From Hyalangium minutum (GTDB lineage: Bacteria; Myxococcota; Myxococcia; Myxococcales; Myxococcaceae), in NCBI RefSeq assembly GCF_000737315.1, contig NZ_JMCB01000002.1, forward strand, positions 144,001-206,000: a stretch of DNA of 62,000 bases. The letters run 5' to 3'. Positions 17,957 to 29,823 of this stretch are shown here, piece by piece; within the stretch, counting starts at the first letter, position 1, and each line of letters begins with the position of its first letter. Below the pieces are notes generated by a model that made no database searches, was not told the DNA's origin, and saw only the letters and a list, made by a program, of their open reading frames with translations. The position numbers were made by a program, and so were the translations under genes.

Positions 17957-18697
17957 ATGGCGAAGACCGCACCCCGCAGCCGCAGCAAGGCCCCCGCGAA
18001 GAAGAAGCCCACCCGCTCGGCGGCTCCGAAGCCGAGCGCCTCGTCCGCGAAGCCCGCTCCGGCCCGCGAGGCTCCCAAGGCTCCCAAGGCTCCGGAGGTG
18101 ACCATCCTGGAGCCCGAGCCCCTCCGCCCCGCGCGGAAGGCACTGCCCGCGGGAGACGCCGTGGACAAGGGCCGCGCGCTGCCCTTCGAGATCGACCCCA
18201 AGCGCGTCGAGGAGAGCCTCAAGAAGCTCCAGGGCGAGATGGTCCACTGGGCCAACAAGGGCCGCTACACGAAGGTGCGCTTCAAGTTCCGCGGCAAGCA
18301 GCTCCTGCCGGACCTGCCCCTGGCCGCCGTCGTCGCCGCCGAGGGCCTCACCTTCTACTGGGGCGGCATCCTCCGCATGCTCGTCGCCAACGTGGTGGGC
18401 AAGAGCGTGCTCTCGGTGGAGTTCATCAACGACTCGGAGAAGAAGGTCCAGGCGGGCAAGGAGGCGCTCTTGTCCGGAGACGTGGACCAAGCGCTCACCC
18501 TGTTCCGAGAGGCCCTCGCGATGGACCGCGACAATGCCTCCGCGCACCTCAATGTGGGCGTGGCGCTGAAGCTCAAGGGAGACCGGGAGGGCGCCCTGGC
18601 CGCCTTCGAAAAAGCGAAGGAAAAAGACCCGGAAGGGTCCGTGGGCGCGGAGGCCGAGCGGCTTGCCGCCCCGCTGCGTCCCAAGAGTGTGGCATAG
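17957..18697 (+). CDS. DUF4342-like domain protein with C-terminal TPR
   Basis: Lys/Ala/Pro-rich N-terminus, KVRFKFRGKQLLPDLPL segment, and TPR motif AHLNVGVAL. Confidence 0.7.
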   Translation: MAKTAPRSRSKAPAKKKPTRSAAPKPSASSAKPAPAREAPKAPKAPEVTILEPEPLRPARKALPAGDAVDKGRALPFEIDPKRVEESLKKLQGEMVHWANKGRYTKVRFKFRGKQLLPDLPLAAVVAAEGLTFYWGGILRMLVANVVGKSVLSVEFINDSEKKVQAGKEALLSGDVDQALTLFREALAMDRDNASAHLNVGVALKLKGDREGALAAFEKAKEKDPEGSVGAEAERLAAPLRPKSVA

Positions 18698-18847
18698 CCT
18701 CCTCCACCACCGGCCGGGCAGCCCTGCCAACACCCCCTCGTTTCCCCTGTTGACGTAGGAAGATCCGAGGGTTACGAACGCTCCAACGCCGGGCGGATAG
18801 CCCCCTTCGGGCGGGCCCGCCCCCACTCTCCAGAGCGCTCCATCTCC

Positions 18848-21625
18848 ATGGCCGACGACACCACCGACAAGCCGGCAACGCCCCCCGCGCCTCCGCCTCC
18901 GGGCAGCGCTGGGGAGCTCATCCCCGTCAACATCGAAGACGAGATGCGCCGTTCGTATCTCGACTACTCCATGTCCGTCATCATCGGGCGCGCCCTGCCC
19001 GATGTGCGTGACGGACTGAAGCCCGTGCACCGCCGCATCCTCTTCGCGATGCACGAGCTGGGGAACACCCACAACCGCGCGTACAAGAAGTCCGCCCGCG
19101 TGGTGGGTGACGTGATTGGTAAGTACCACCCCCACGGTGACAGCGCCGTCTATGACGCGATGGTGCGTCTGGCTCAGGAGTGGAGCCTGCGCTACCTGCT
19201 CGTGGACGGGCAGGGCAACTTCGGCAGCGTCGACGGCGACTCGCCCGCGGCCATGCGTTACACGGAAGTGCGCATGGACCGCCTGGCCGAGGAGCTGCTG
19301 GCGGACATCGACAAGGAGACGGTCGGATTCGGGCCCAACTACGACGACTCGCTGACCGAGCCGCTCGTGATGCCCACGAAGTTCCCCAACCTCCTGGTCA
19401 ACGGCAGCAGCGGCATCGCCGTGGGCATGACGACGAACATCCCGCCCCACAACATGGGCGAGGTGATCGACGGCACGCTGCACCTCATCGACAACCCGGA
19501 CGCCACCGTCCAGGACCTGATGAAGTTCATCCCGGGCCCGGACTTCCCCACCGCCGGCATGATTACCGGCCGCGAGGGCATCCTCCGCGCCTACACCACG
19601 GGCCGCGGGCAGATCACCCTGCGTGGCAAGACGGAGATCGAGGAGAGCAAGAAGGGCGACCGTGAGGCCATCATCATCACGGAGATCCCCTACCAGGTGA
19701 ACAAGGCGCGGCTCATCGAGAAGATCGCCGACCTGGTGCGCGAGAAGAAGCTGGAGGGCATCAGCGACATCCGCGACGAGAGCGACCGGCAGGGCATGCG
19801 CATCGTCGTGGAGCTCAAGCGCGATGCCATCTCGGGCGTGGTGCTCAACAACCTGTACGCCACCACCCCGCTGGAGACGACGTTCGGCGCGGTGATGCTG
19901 GCCATCGACGGCGGCCAGCCGCGCACGCTCACACTCAAGGAGCTGCTGGACCGGTTCATCGCCCACCGCCGCGACGTCATCACCCGCCGCAGCCGCTATG
20001 AGCTGAAGAAGGCGCTGGCCCGCCTCCACATCGTGGAAGGCTTGCTCGTCGCGCAGGATCTCATCGACCTGGTGGTCAGCCTCATCCGCGCCTCGAAGGA
20101 TCCAGACGAGGCGCGCTGGGGCCTGATGCACATCCTGGCTCCGGCGCTCTACGAGCACGAGCGCTTCCGCAACCTGCCGCGCATCGACTACGCGCAGGCG
20201 GCGGCACAGATGGAGCTGCTGGTCAGCCGCGCCAAGGCCGAGGAGCCCAACTACGGCGGCCTGGAGCACAAGTACGCGGGCGCGGGCTTCAGCGAGGACC
20301 AGGCGCAGAACATCCTCGAGATGCGCCTGCAGCGCCTCACCGGCATGCAGCGCGAAGAGCTCTTCAAGGAGCTGCTCGCCCTGGTGCGCGACATTGCCCG
20401 GCTGCGGGACATCCTCGCCAACGAGCGCAGCCTGCTCAACGTCATCAAGACGGAGCTGCACGACATCCGCGCCCGCTACAGCGACAAGCGCCGCACCGAA
20501 ATCACCGGCGAGGTCTCCGAGATTACGAGCGAGGACCTCATCGCCGAGGAGGACATGGTCGTCACCCTGTCCCATACCGGCTACGTGAAGCGCTCGCCGC
20601 TGAGCGAGTACCGCGCCCAGAAGCGCGGCGGACGGGGCAAGACGGGCGCCGCGACGAAGGAAGACGATTTCGTCACGGACCTGTTCGTGGCCAGCACCCA
20701 CGCGTTCCTCATGCCCATCACCACCAAGGGCAAGCTGTACTCGCTGAAGGTGCACCAGATTCCGCAGGCCAGCCGCACCTCGCGCGGCAAGGCCATCATC
20801 AACCTCATTCAGTTCGGCGAGGGCGAGAAGCTGGCCCAGGTGCTCGTGACGAAGGACTTCCCGGAGAACCGGTACGTCTTCTTCGTCACCAAGCGCGGCG
20901 TGGTGAAGCGCACGGACTTGAGCGCGTTCGCCAACGTGCGCATCAGCGGCATCATCGCGCTGGGCATCGACGAGGGCGATGAGCTGGTGGCGGTGAAGAT
21001 CACCGACGGCAGCAAGGACATCCTCCTGTCCACCGCGCAGGGCATGAGCATCCGCTTCCCGGAGGACGAGGTGCGCTCCATGGGCCGCCAGGCCTACGGC
21101 GTGAAGGGCATCACGCTGGAGGAGGGCGACGAGGTGGTGGGCGCGGACGTGGTGGAGAAGGGCAACACCATCCTTACGGTGACGGAGAACGGCTACGGCA
21201 AGCGCACCGAGGAGGCCGAGTACCGCATCCAGGGCCGCGGCGGTAAGGGCATCATCGACATCAAGACCACCGAGCGGAACGGCAAGGTGGTGGGCCTGGT
21301 GCAGGTGACGGACGGCGACGAGGTGATGCTCGTCACCAACGGCGGCATGCTCATCCGCATGAAGGCCAAGGAGATCTCCGTCATCGGCCGCAACACGCAG
21401 GGCGTGCGGCTCATCGCCCTGGAGAACGGTACGGAGAAGGTGACGGGCATCTCCAAGCTGCCCGAGTCCAGCAGCGAGGCCGAGGAGCCGGAGGGCGGCG
21501 GCTCCGCGGGTGGCTCCAGCGCGGACGAAGAGCAGGCTCCCGCAGCGGAGAACTCCTCCGAGATTTCGGACACCGAGGACTCCGGAAACTCCGAGCCGGG
21601 TGAGGACACTCCAGAAGAGAGTTGA
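18848..21625 (+). CDS. gyrA: DNA gyrase subunit A
   Basis: [32 protein letters not shown] (catalytic Tyr), GyrA-box QKRGGRG, beta-pinwheel repeats and an acidic tail. Confidence 0.98.
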   Translation: MADDTTDKPATPPAPPPPGSAGELIPVNIEDEMRRSYLDYSMSVIIGRALPDVRDGLKPVHRRILFAMHELGNTHNRAYKKSARVVGDVIGKYHPHGDSAVYDAMVRLAQEWSLRYLLVDGQGNFGSVDGDSPAAMRYTEVRMDRLAEELLADIDKETVGFGPNYDDSLTEPLVMPTKFPNLLVNGSSGIAVGMTTNIPPHNMGEVIDGTLHLIDNPDATVQDLMKFIPGPDFPTAGMITGREGILRAYTTGRGQITLRGKTEIEESKKGDREAIIITEIPYQVNKARLIEKIADLVREKKLEGISDIRDESDRQGMRIVVELKRDAISGVVLNNLYATTPLETTFGAVMLAIDGGQPRTLTLKELLDRFIAHRRDVITRRSRYELKKALARLHIVEGLLVAQDLIDLVVSLIRASKDPDEARWGLMHILAPALYEHERFRNLPRIDYAQAAAQMELLVSRAKAEEPNYGGLEHKYAGAGFSEDQAQNILEMRLQRLTGMQREELFKELLALVRDIARLRDILANERSLLNVIKTELHDIRARYSDKRRTEITGEVSEITSEDLIAEEDMVVTLSHTGYVKRSPLSEYRAQKRGGRGKTGAATKEDDFVTDLFVASTHAFLMPITTKGKLYSLKVHQIPQASRTSRGKAIINLIQFGEGEKLAQVLVTKDFPENRYVFFVTKRGVVKRTDLSAFANVRISGIIALGIDEGDELVAVKITDGSKDILLSTAQGMSIRFPEDEVRSMGRQAYGVKGITLEEGDEVVGADVVEKGNTILTVTENGYGKRTEEAEYRIQGRGGKGIIDIKTTERNGKVVGLVQVTDGDEVMLVTNGGMLIRMKAKEISVIGRNTQGVRLIALENGTEKVTGISKLPESSSEAEEPEGGGSAGGSSADEEQAPAAENSSEISDTEDSGNSEPGEDTPEES

Positions 21626-21727
21626 TTTGCGGGTTTTCCCAGCCTGGCGGGGCATGTGAGGGCAATCCCCCCGTGTGCCTCGGCAGGCCTGGGTGTTCTA
21701 ATGAGACCAGGAGGTCTCCGGAACACC

Positions 21728-22945
21728 ATGGGAGATTCCATCAGCCAGGGGGCAGTCTCGGAGCCGCGGATCTCGGATGACTCACTGGGCGTCCAGCTCG
21801 AGGTGGCGGAGGAGCGTCTCCGCATCGTGCTCGGGCTCACGGACGGCATCGTCTTCGAGTTCGACCAGGACGGGCGCTACGTCGGCATCTGGACCCGGTC
21901 GGACGAGCTGCTGTCCATGCCGCGCGAGCAGGCGCTGGGCCGCACCTTGATGGAGGTCCACGGCCCCCAGGGCGGCGCGTTCTTCATGGAGCGCCTGAAG
22001 CAGACCCTTGAGACGAAGCAGCCCGTGCGCTTCGAGTACAGCCTGGAGGTGGTGGGTGGGCACCACTGGTTCGCCGCGGAGTCCATGCTGGTGCCGAACC
22101 GGCCCACGGTGGCCTTCCTGGTGCGCGACATCACCCAGCAGAAGTCCATGGAGCAGCGGCTCATCCAGGCGGATCGGCTGGCGTCCCTGGGCACGCTGGC
22201 GGCGGGCGTGGCCCACGAGGTGAACAACCCGCTGAGCTACGTCTCCTCGAACCTCAACTTCATCGCGGAGAGCCTGACGTCGGTGCGGCAGGCGCTGAAC
22301 AGCGGGGAAGGGGTGGTCGACGCGGCCTATCTGGATCGCCTGCTGGCGGAGTGCGCGGAGGCGCTCGATGAGGCGCGGGAGGGCACCACCCGCATCCGGC
22401 ATGTGGTCGGAGATTTGAAGACGTTCGCTCGCGGCCAGGAGTCGGAGGACGGGCTGGCGAACGTGAAGCGGGCCCTGGAGTCCTCGCTGAGCCTGGTGAT
22501 GCCGGAGCTGCGCTACCGGGCCCGGCTGAACCGGAACCTGGAAGAGGTGCCCCCGGTGCGAGGCAATGAGGCCCGGCTGGGGCAGGTGTTCCTCAACCTG
22601 CTGATCAACGCCTCCCAGGCCATCGTGGCGGGGGCTCCGGACCGGAACCAGGTGGACGTTCACCTGCGCGAGGAGGGGCACTGGGTGGTCATCGAAGTCC
22701 AGGACACCGGGCACGGGATTCCGGCGGATCTGTTGAAGCTCATCTTCGATCCGTTCTTCTCGACGAAGCCGGTGGGTGTGGGCACGGGGCTGGGGCTCTC
22801 CATCTGCCATGGCATCGTGACGGGCATGGGCGGAGAGATCTCCGTGGAGAGCACCGTGGGCCGGGGGACGTGCTTCCGGGTGCGGCTGCCGATTCCCGCT
22901 CAGGTGCTGGCGTCCATGCGCCCCAAGGCGCTGGCGGCTTCCTGA
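21728..22945 (+). CDS. PAS-domain sensor histidine kinase
   Basis: H-box AHEVNNPL, N-box QVFLNLLINA, DTGHG, FFSTK and GTGLGL. Start uncertain (21656-21728). Confidence 0.9.
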   Translation: MGDSISQGAVSEPRISDDSLGVQLEVAEERLRIVLGLTDGIVFEFDQDGRYVGIWTRSDELLSMPREQALGRTLMEVHGPQGGAFFMERLKQTLETKQPVRFEYSLEVVGGHHWFAAESMLVPNRPTVAFLVRDITQQKSMEQRLIQADRLASLGTLAAGVAHEVNNPLSYVSSNLNFIAESLTSVRQALNSGEGVVDAAYLDRLLAECAEALDEAREGTTRIRHVVGDLKTFARGQESEDGLANVKRALESSLSLVMPELRYRARLNRNLEEVPPVRGNEARLGQVFLNLLINASQAIVAGAPDRNQVDVHLREEGHWVVIEVQDTGHGIPADLLKLIFDPFFSTKPVGVGTGLGLSICHGIVTGMGGEISVESTVGRGTCFRVRLPIPAQVLASMRPKALAAS

Positions 22946-22955
22946 AGCGCGGGCG

Positions 22956-23840
22956 TTACGGCTTCGCTGCCTTGCGCAGGGTCGAGGCCCCCTCGGCGAT
23001 GGCCTCGTCGAGTTGGGCTCCCGCCTTCCCGAACCCTCGCCTCTGGAGCTGGCGGTAGAGCGAGGAGAGCTGGCGGCCGGCCTTCGAGGCGAGCGAGTTC
23101 AGCTCCGGGCTTCGGCCATGCAGCGTCTCCGTCAGTACGTGGAGGTCGTGCATGTCTCCCAGGGTGTCTTGGAGGGCCTTGAGGCGCTCGAGGAGCTTGG
23201 GGGCGCCGTGCAGTTCCTCGAAAGGCTCCAGCAGGTAGCGCGCGCGCTTGGCGGTGATGCGGGCCTCGTGGCAGCGCTCGACGTCGGAGGGGCCCTGGAT
23301 GCGGTCCAGCCGCTGGCGCAGGCGCTGGCCCAGGCGCCGCAGCTTCTGGGCGGTGTACTTCCCGAAGCGGCCCTTACCGGGGGCCTTCGCGCGCTTCACC
23401 TGCCGGCGCAGGCGGTGGGCGAGGCGGGGGAAGTCCTGGGTAAACCGCTCGCGGATCTCCTGGAGGTGCTCGGCGTGGTGCTGGGTGAGGTTTGAGCGCA
23501 GGCGGGAGGCGGCGCCCGAGCGAGAGCGGCGGGCACGGGACTGCTGGGTGAGCCAGGCAGCGTGGACCTCGGCATCTCGGGCGGGGTTGGTGAGGTGGGC
23601 GAAGCCTCTCAGGGCCTCGATGCTCTTGGCAGACACGGCCCCAGCGAAGAGCTTGCGGTAGGTGCGGAGGTAGGTGCGCACGTGGCGCAGCTCGACGCGC
23701 AGGTCGTGCAGGGCCTCGGTGTCACGGGAGTCGTCGAGGCGCTCGACGGTGGCCGCGGCGCGCTTCAGGTGGTGGAGCGTGAGCTTCCGGGCTCCATGCA
23801 CCGCCGTCATGCGCGCGAGCTTCTTGGAGGTGGGCGCCAC
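22956..23840 (-). CDS. CHAD domain protein
   Basis: EALHDLRVELR, RDAEV, HEARITAKRARY and LQDTLGDMHD motifs. Confidence 0.88.
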   Translation of the reverse strand: MAPTSKKLARMTAVHGARKLTLHHLKRAAATVERLDDSRDTEALHDLRVELRHVRTYLRTYRKLFAGAVSAKSIEALRGFAHLTNPARDAEVHAAWLTQQSRARRSRSGAASRLRSNLTQHHAEHLQEIRERFTQDFPRLAHRLRRQVKRAKAPGKGRFGKYTAQKLRRLGQRLRQRLDRIQGPSDVERCHEARITAKRARYLLEPFEELHGAPKLLERLKALQDTLGDMHDLHVLTETLHGRSPELNSLASKAGRQLSSLYRQLQRRGFGKAGAQLDEAIAEGASTLRKAAKP

Positions 23841-24090
23841 GGAATCTCTCCCCGCCGCGCGCTGGGCGCGGCCATGCGGATCCGAACCTCAAAGCTTCCA
23901 GCAGGAACAGCCAGAGGACAGCAGGTCCGCGCTGGAGCGTGCAGGAGGTGACAGTGGGTGGAGGGAGGTGGCGAGCAGGGAAGGGCGCTGCAAAGCTCAC
24001 ATGCAAACAGGGGGCTTGGTTGCTCGGGGAGGTGGCGGGCGGAGGCGGACGAGGTGCAATGAATCTGACCGCTCATCCGTAGGAGGAGAC

Positions 24091-24393
24091 ATGAACATCA
24101 CGGGTCTTCGTGGAATGGGGTCCCGGTTCGTCCGGTACCTGAGCGACGGTCGAGTCCCCCTGTGGAAGAAGCTCGCGGGGTTGCTGGCGGTGGTCTACTT
24201 CCTGTCTCCGGTGGACGCGATCCCGGACTTCATCCCCATCCTGGGGTGGCTGGACGATTTGGGCGTGCTGTCGGCCGCGGCCTTCTGGATGGCGCGGCAG
24301 GTGCAGCAGTACCGCCCCGAGCCCACGCCGGACGGGATGCCGAGAGATCTCGAGGGCCGCCCGCGCTTTCCTCCCGCGCGCGACCCTGCCTGA
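24091..24393 (+). CDS. YkvA/DUF1232 family small membrane protein
   Basis: YFLSPVDAIPDFIPILGWLDD motif. AGGAGG RBS upstream. Confidence 0.9.
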   Translation: MNITGLRGMGSRFVRYLSDGRVPLWKKLAGLLAVVYFLSPVDAIPDFIPILGWLDDLGVLSAAAFWMARQVQQYRPEPTPDGMPRDLEGRPRFPPARDPA

Positions 24394-24401
24394 GCGAGCG
24401 C

Positions 24402-25151
24402 TCACGCCGCCTTGCCGACCGCCTCGCGCCACGCCGCGAGGATGTGCTCGGCGATCTCGGGCACGCCGATGTCCTTGTTCACCTGCGTGAAGAGGAACGG
24501 GCCGTCGCCCCGCATCTTGCGTGAGTCGCGGTCCATCACGCCCAGGTCCGCTCCCACGTGCGGTGCCAGGTCCTTCTTGTTGATGACCAGCAGGTCCGAC
24601 TGGGTGATGCCCGGCCCGCCCTTGCGCGGCACCTTGTCTCCCCCTGCCACGTCGATGACGTAGATCGTGTAGTCGACCAGCTCCCGGCTGTACTGCGCCG
24701 CCAGGTTGTCTCCGCCGCTCTCGACGATGAGCAGCTCCGGCTTCACGTCGTGCATCAGCCCTTCGAGCGCGTCGAGGTTGTGGCTGATGTCCTCGCGGAT
24801 CGCCGCGTGAGGGCAGCCGCCCGTCTCCACCGCCCGGATCCGCTCGGAAGGCAGCGCCTTGTTGCGGTGGAGGAACTCGGCGTCCTCCTTCGTGAAGATG
24901 TCGTTCGTCACGACGCCCAGCGAGTACTTGTCCCGGAGGTGCCGGCACAGCGCCAGTACCAGCGCTGTCTTTCCGCTCCCCACCGGCCCTCCGATGCCCA
25001 CCGTGAACGAGCGCTGATGGTAGTCGCGCGGGAGCCGCGGCTCGCGCTCCCGGAACAGGCCAGGGCCCGACCAGTGCTCGTGGGTATGCCCGTGGTCATG
25101 GTCGTGGCTGTGCCCGTGGTCATGGTCGTGGTCGTGATCGTGGTCGTGCAT
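24402..25151 (-). CDS. ureG: Urease accessory GTPase UreG with His/Asp-rich N-terminus
   Basis: [28 protein letters not shown] and NKKD motifs. Confidence 0.96.
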   Translation of the reverse strand: MHDHDHDHDHDHGHSHDHDHGHTHEHWSGPGLFREREPRLPRDYHQRSFTVGIGGPVGSGKTALVLALCRHLRDKYSLGVVTNDIFTKEDAEFLHRNKALPSERIRAVETGGCPHAAIREDISHNLDALEGLMHDVKPELLIVESGGDNLAAQYSRELVDYTIYVIDVAGGDKVPRKGGPGITQSDLLVINKKDLAPHVGADLGVMDRDSRKMRGDGPFLFTQVNKDIGVPEIAEHILAAWREAVGKAA

Positions 25152-25159
25152 GGTGCTCC

Positions 25160-25825
25160 TCAGGACAGGAACAGACGGGAATAGAGACGATCGTGGGTGG
25201 CGCCGAGCAGATCCACGAGCGGCGCAGGCTGTGACAGCTCGTTCAGGCCCAGGGCCCCACAGCGTTCGAGCACGGCGCCCAGAACGCCCGTCAGCTCGTC
25301 ATGGAGGCGCTGCGCCTCGTGCGGACCGAGCAGCCCCAGCCGCACCGCGGCCGAGGCCACCCCGCGCAGCGCCAGGTGCAGGAACAGCTCCTGCGCTTGG
25401 TCGAGCGGCACTGCAAGGGTCCGCAGCGTGATGCCGAACATGGGCGCGTAGTGCGCCCTCAGGGTCCGCGCGCGGATGGCGGCGTGGAGCTGTTGCAGCT
25501 CCGCCTCGGAGAAGATGCGCGCCGCGGTGGCCACCAGCGTCCGCCCCTGCGTCCGGCTGGTTCGGTTGGCCACGTGGTTGGAGAGGAACGCGTCGCACCA
25601 CGCGTCCAGCCGGGCCGGGCCAGCGTCTGGGCCGTAGGCGGCGCGGAGAAACGGCAGGCTCCCATGGCCGGCCTGCCAGAGCACTCCCTCGATGAAGGTG
25701 CGCAGGGCCGCCGCGTCCGGCACCTCGCCCTGTTGCGCGGCCGCCTCCAGCCCGGCGGAGTGCGAGAAGCCTCCGGTCGGAAAGGCCGAGTCAGCGAGCT
25801 GCAGCACGCGCCAGCGGGTCGTCAT
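25160..25825 (-). CDS. ureF: Urease accessory protein UreF
   Basis: [20 protein letters not shown] and C-terminal RLFLS. Start MTTRW at 25825. Confidence 0.93.
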   Translation of the reverse strand: MTTRWRVLQLADSAFPTGGFSHSAGLEAAAQQGEVPDAAALRTFIEGVLWQAGHGSLPFLRAAYGPDAGPARLDAWCDAFLSNHVANRTSRTQGRTLVATAARIFSEAELQQLHAAIRARTLRAHYAPMFGITLRTLAVPLDQAQELFLHLALRGVASAAVRLGLLGPHEAQRLHDELTGVLGAVLERCGALGLNELSQPAPLVDLLGATHDRLYSRLFLS

Positions 25826-25829
25826 GCGC

Positions 25830-27541
<1,712 letters not shown>

Positions 27542-27545
<4 letters not shown>

Positions 27546-28219
27546 GGCGTGCCTCCTGCCTGCTGCGTGGGAGCAACGGGAACGAGCGTCACCGTCTTCC
27601 GGTCCCCGGGCTCGAAGCGCACCGCCGTGCCCGAGGGGATGTCCAGCCGCATCCCCGTGGCCTGGGCCCGGTCGAACTCGAGCGCGCGGTTGGTGTGCTC
27701 GAAGGGATAGTGGCTGCCCACCTGGATGGGGCGGTCCCCCTTGTTCTCCACCGCGAGCGTCACGCGCGGGCGGCCCGGGTTGAGGGCAATCTCTCCCGCC
27801 TTCGTGAGCACTTCGCCCGGAGTGGGCTCAACCGCCGCTGGGGTTGCCGCGAACACCGAGGCCGCGGGCACCGGCAGGAAGCTCCCGTAGAGCGCCAGCG
27901 CCAGGTCCCCCTGCTCGAGCGAGATGGGGTGGTGGACGGTGACGAGCTTGGTGCCGTCCGGGAACGTGCCCTCCACCTGCACCTCGGCGACCAGCTCCGG
28001 GACGCCGGGCAGCACCTGCGCCCGGCCCAGCATCCGCCGGCCCACATCCATCAGCTCGGCGACGGAGCGCCCATCCCGGATGAGCTCCAGCAGTTGGGTG
28101 GAGATGAGAGCGATGGCCTCGGGGTAGTTGAGCCGAAGTCCTCGAGCCAGCCGCTTCTGCGCCAGGAAGCCGGCAGCGTGCAGCGTGAGCTTGTCCAACT
28201 CGCGCGGGACCAGATGCAT
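27542..28219 (-). CDS. ureAB: Fused urease gamma/beta subunit
   Basis: Gamma part (PRELDKL...[15 protein letters not shown]) and beta part ([11 protein letters not shown]...[15 protein letters not shown]) are in one ORF. Confidence 0.95.
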
Positions 28220-28279
28220 GGAGGGGGTCTCCCTTGAGACAACCTGACGCGTTCATCATGGTGCGCTGCGTCAGCGAAG

Positions 28280-29119
28280 TCACCATTTCCGTGCGAGAGG
28301 GTCGTCTCCCAGCAGCGAGGGCAGGGTCCGCAGGCGGGAGCGCACGGCGGACAGGGCCTCCTCCACGGAGGTGGCGGCCACGCGCAGCAGGGCGCCGTCT
28401 TCTCCCAAGGGACTCGCAGTCTCGATGACCGAAGCCCGGCGCCGCAGCGGGGCGGGGGAAGTCAGCAGGGCTTCGCGGAGCGCCGCCACCTGCGGACCGA
28501 ACACCGCGAGCAGCGCCAGGGCCTCGAAGCGGCCCATGCGAGGGGCCAGGGCTCCCTCCTCGGGTGTGAGGCGGACCGCATCCAGCAGCAGGGGAACACC
28601 GCCGCGCTGGACGAGGAGCCGGGACAGGTAGTGAGCGAAAGCCCACCGCTCGCCTCGGGCGGCGCGCCCGCAGGTGAAGGCATCCAGCAGGACCAGGGAG
28701 GCGCTGGGAGCGAGCGTGACGGAGGTCTCCTGCTCGTAGCGAGCCCCCGTGAAGCAGGCCACCGGGTCGGGCAGCAGGACGAGCAATCCCTCCTCGCCGA
28801 CCTGGGCCTGGAGCAGCTGCCGGCAGCCACGCGGAGAGCGGTACACCTTGGTGGCGGACTGCGTGGAGAGCAGGCCCGTGGCCCGGGCCCCCACGCTCAC
28901 GTCGATGTGAAGCGAATCCCCATCCACCAGTCCGCCGCCGAAGCTGGCCAGGTAGGCCCACGCGCCGCGGCCATGGTTGCGAGGCAGCAGGAACTTGAGA
29001 GGACTGTTCGCCCGCGCGGCGCGGACAAAGGTTCCCCGTGTGCCGTGCTCGAGCGCGAGGACGCCTCGGCCGGGAACATGCTCCAGGCGGTCTTCTAAGG
29101 TGTACGCGGGGGCTTCCAT
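28280..29119 (-). CDS. ureD: Urease accessory protein UreD
   Basis: SPLKFL, GGGLVDGD, TQSATKVY and LPDPV..F..ARY.Q motifs. Start MEAPA at 29119. Confidence 0.92.
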   Translation of the reverse strand: MEAPAYTLEDRLEHVPGRGVLALEHGTRGTFVRAARANSPLKFLLPRNHGRGAWAYLASFGGGLVDGDSLHIDVSVGARATGLLSTQSATKVYRSPRGCRQLLQAQVGEEGLLVLLPDPVACFTGARYEQETSVTLAPSASLVLLDAFTCGRAARGERWAFAHYLSRLLVQRGGVPLLLDAVRLTPEEGALAPRMGRFEALALLAVFGPQVAALREALLTSPAPLRRRASVIETASPLGEDGALLRVAATSVEEALSAVRSRLRTLPSLLGDDPLARKW

Positions 29120-29127
29120 GGTGCTGC

Positions 29128-29757
29128 TCAGCCGTCCCGGTTCTCGAAGTGGACGAAGTCGAGCAGGAACGTGGCGGCCATCACCAGGGTGCGCAGCCGC
29201 GCGTCGCGGAGGTTCTCGAAGGTGACGCCGAAGTTGTCCGCGTCCGTGAACAGCTCCTTGCCGAGGCCGCTCCAGCGCTTCTGGATGAGGCCCACCTCTT
29301 GGCCGTTCTGCTCGATGTGGAACGTCCACGGCTTGAAGAAAGGGCCGCGCAGCGTGGCCAGCAGCTCGCCCGAGGGGCCCAGCACGTCATAGAGCCGGGC
29401 GAAGAAGGCGAAGCGCTGGTGCACGCTGCCCAGCTTGTGGCCCTCGCCGTCCTCGATGTCCATCTGCGAGAGCCAGAACCTCCAGGGCCGCTGCAGGCGC
29501 AGCGCGGTGGCGCCCCCGGGCGTCTTCAGCTCCATGGTGAAGGGGCGGCTGGCCTTGAGGAAGCTGCGCAGCAGGAACAGGCCGAGGCCGCTGCCCACCT
29601 CGCCCGCGATGAAGAGCGCCTGCCCGTCGTCTCCCACCACCTGGTAGCGGTTGCGGCCCTCGAAGCCGACGAGGATCTCCCCCCATTCCTTGGTCTGCCG
29701 CACGCGCAGGGCGCTGTGGCGTTGGAGCACGGAGAGGGCCAGCGAGTCAGAGGGCAT
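29128..29757 (-). CDS. Phospholipid scramblase family protein
   Basis: FEGRNRY, RPFTM, I.KRWSGLGKELFTDADNFGVTF and LDFVHFE motifs. Confidence 0.85.
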   Translation of the reverse strand: MPSDSLALSVLQRHSALRVRQTKEWGEILVGFEGRNRYQVVGDDGQALFIAGEVGSGLGLFLLRSFLKASRPFTMELKTPGGATALRLQRPWRFWLSQMDIEDGEGHKLGSVHQRFAFFARLYDVLGPSGELLATLRGPFFKPWTFHIEQNGQEVGLIQKRWSGLGKELFTDADNFGVTFENLRDARLRTLVMAATFLLDFVHFENRDG

Positions 29758-29823
29758 GGAGGCCTCGGAGCAAAGGGTCGGCACACCCTAGCGCCCCGAG
29801 GCCCTCAAGTCAGGACAGAACCC

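Noticed and set aside
17924-21655. 1243-aa minus-strand ORF
   Set aside because: Antisense shadow of gyrA. Strong GC3 bias removes stops on the opposite strand, and the translation has no recognisable motifs.
25084-25149. Short tandem repeats, including a 21-nt duplicate at 25087 and 25111
   Set aside because: They simply encode the His/Asp-rich N-terminus of UreG; not a CRISPR or contingency repeat.
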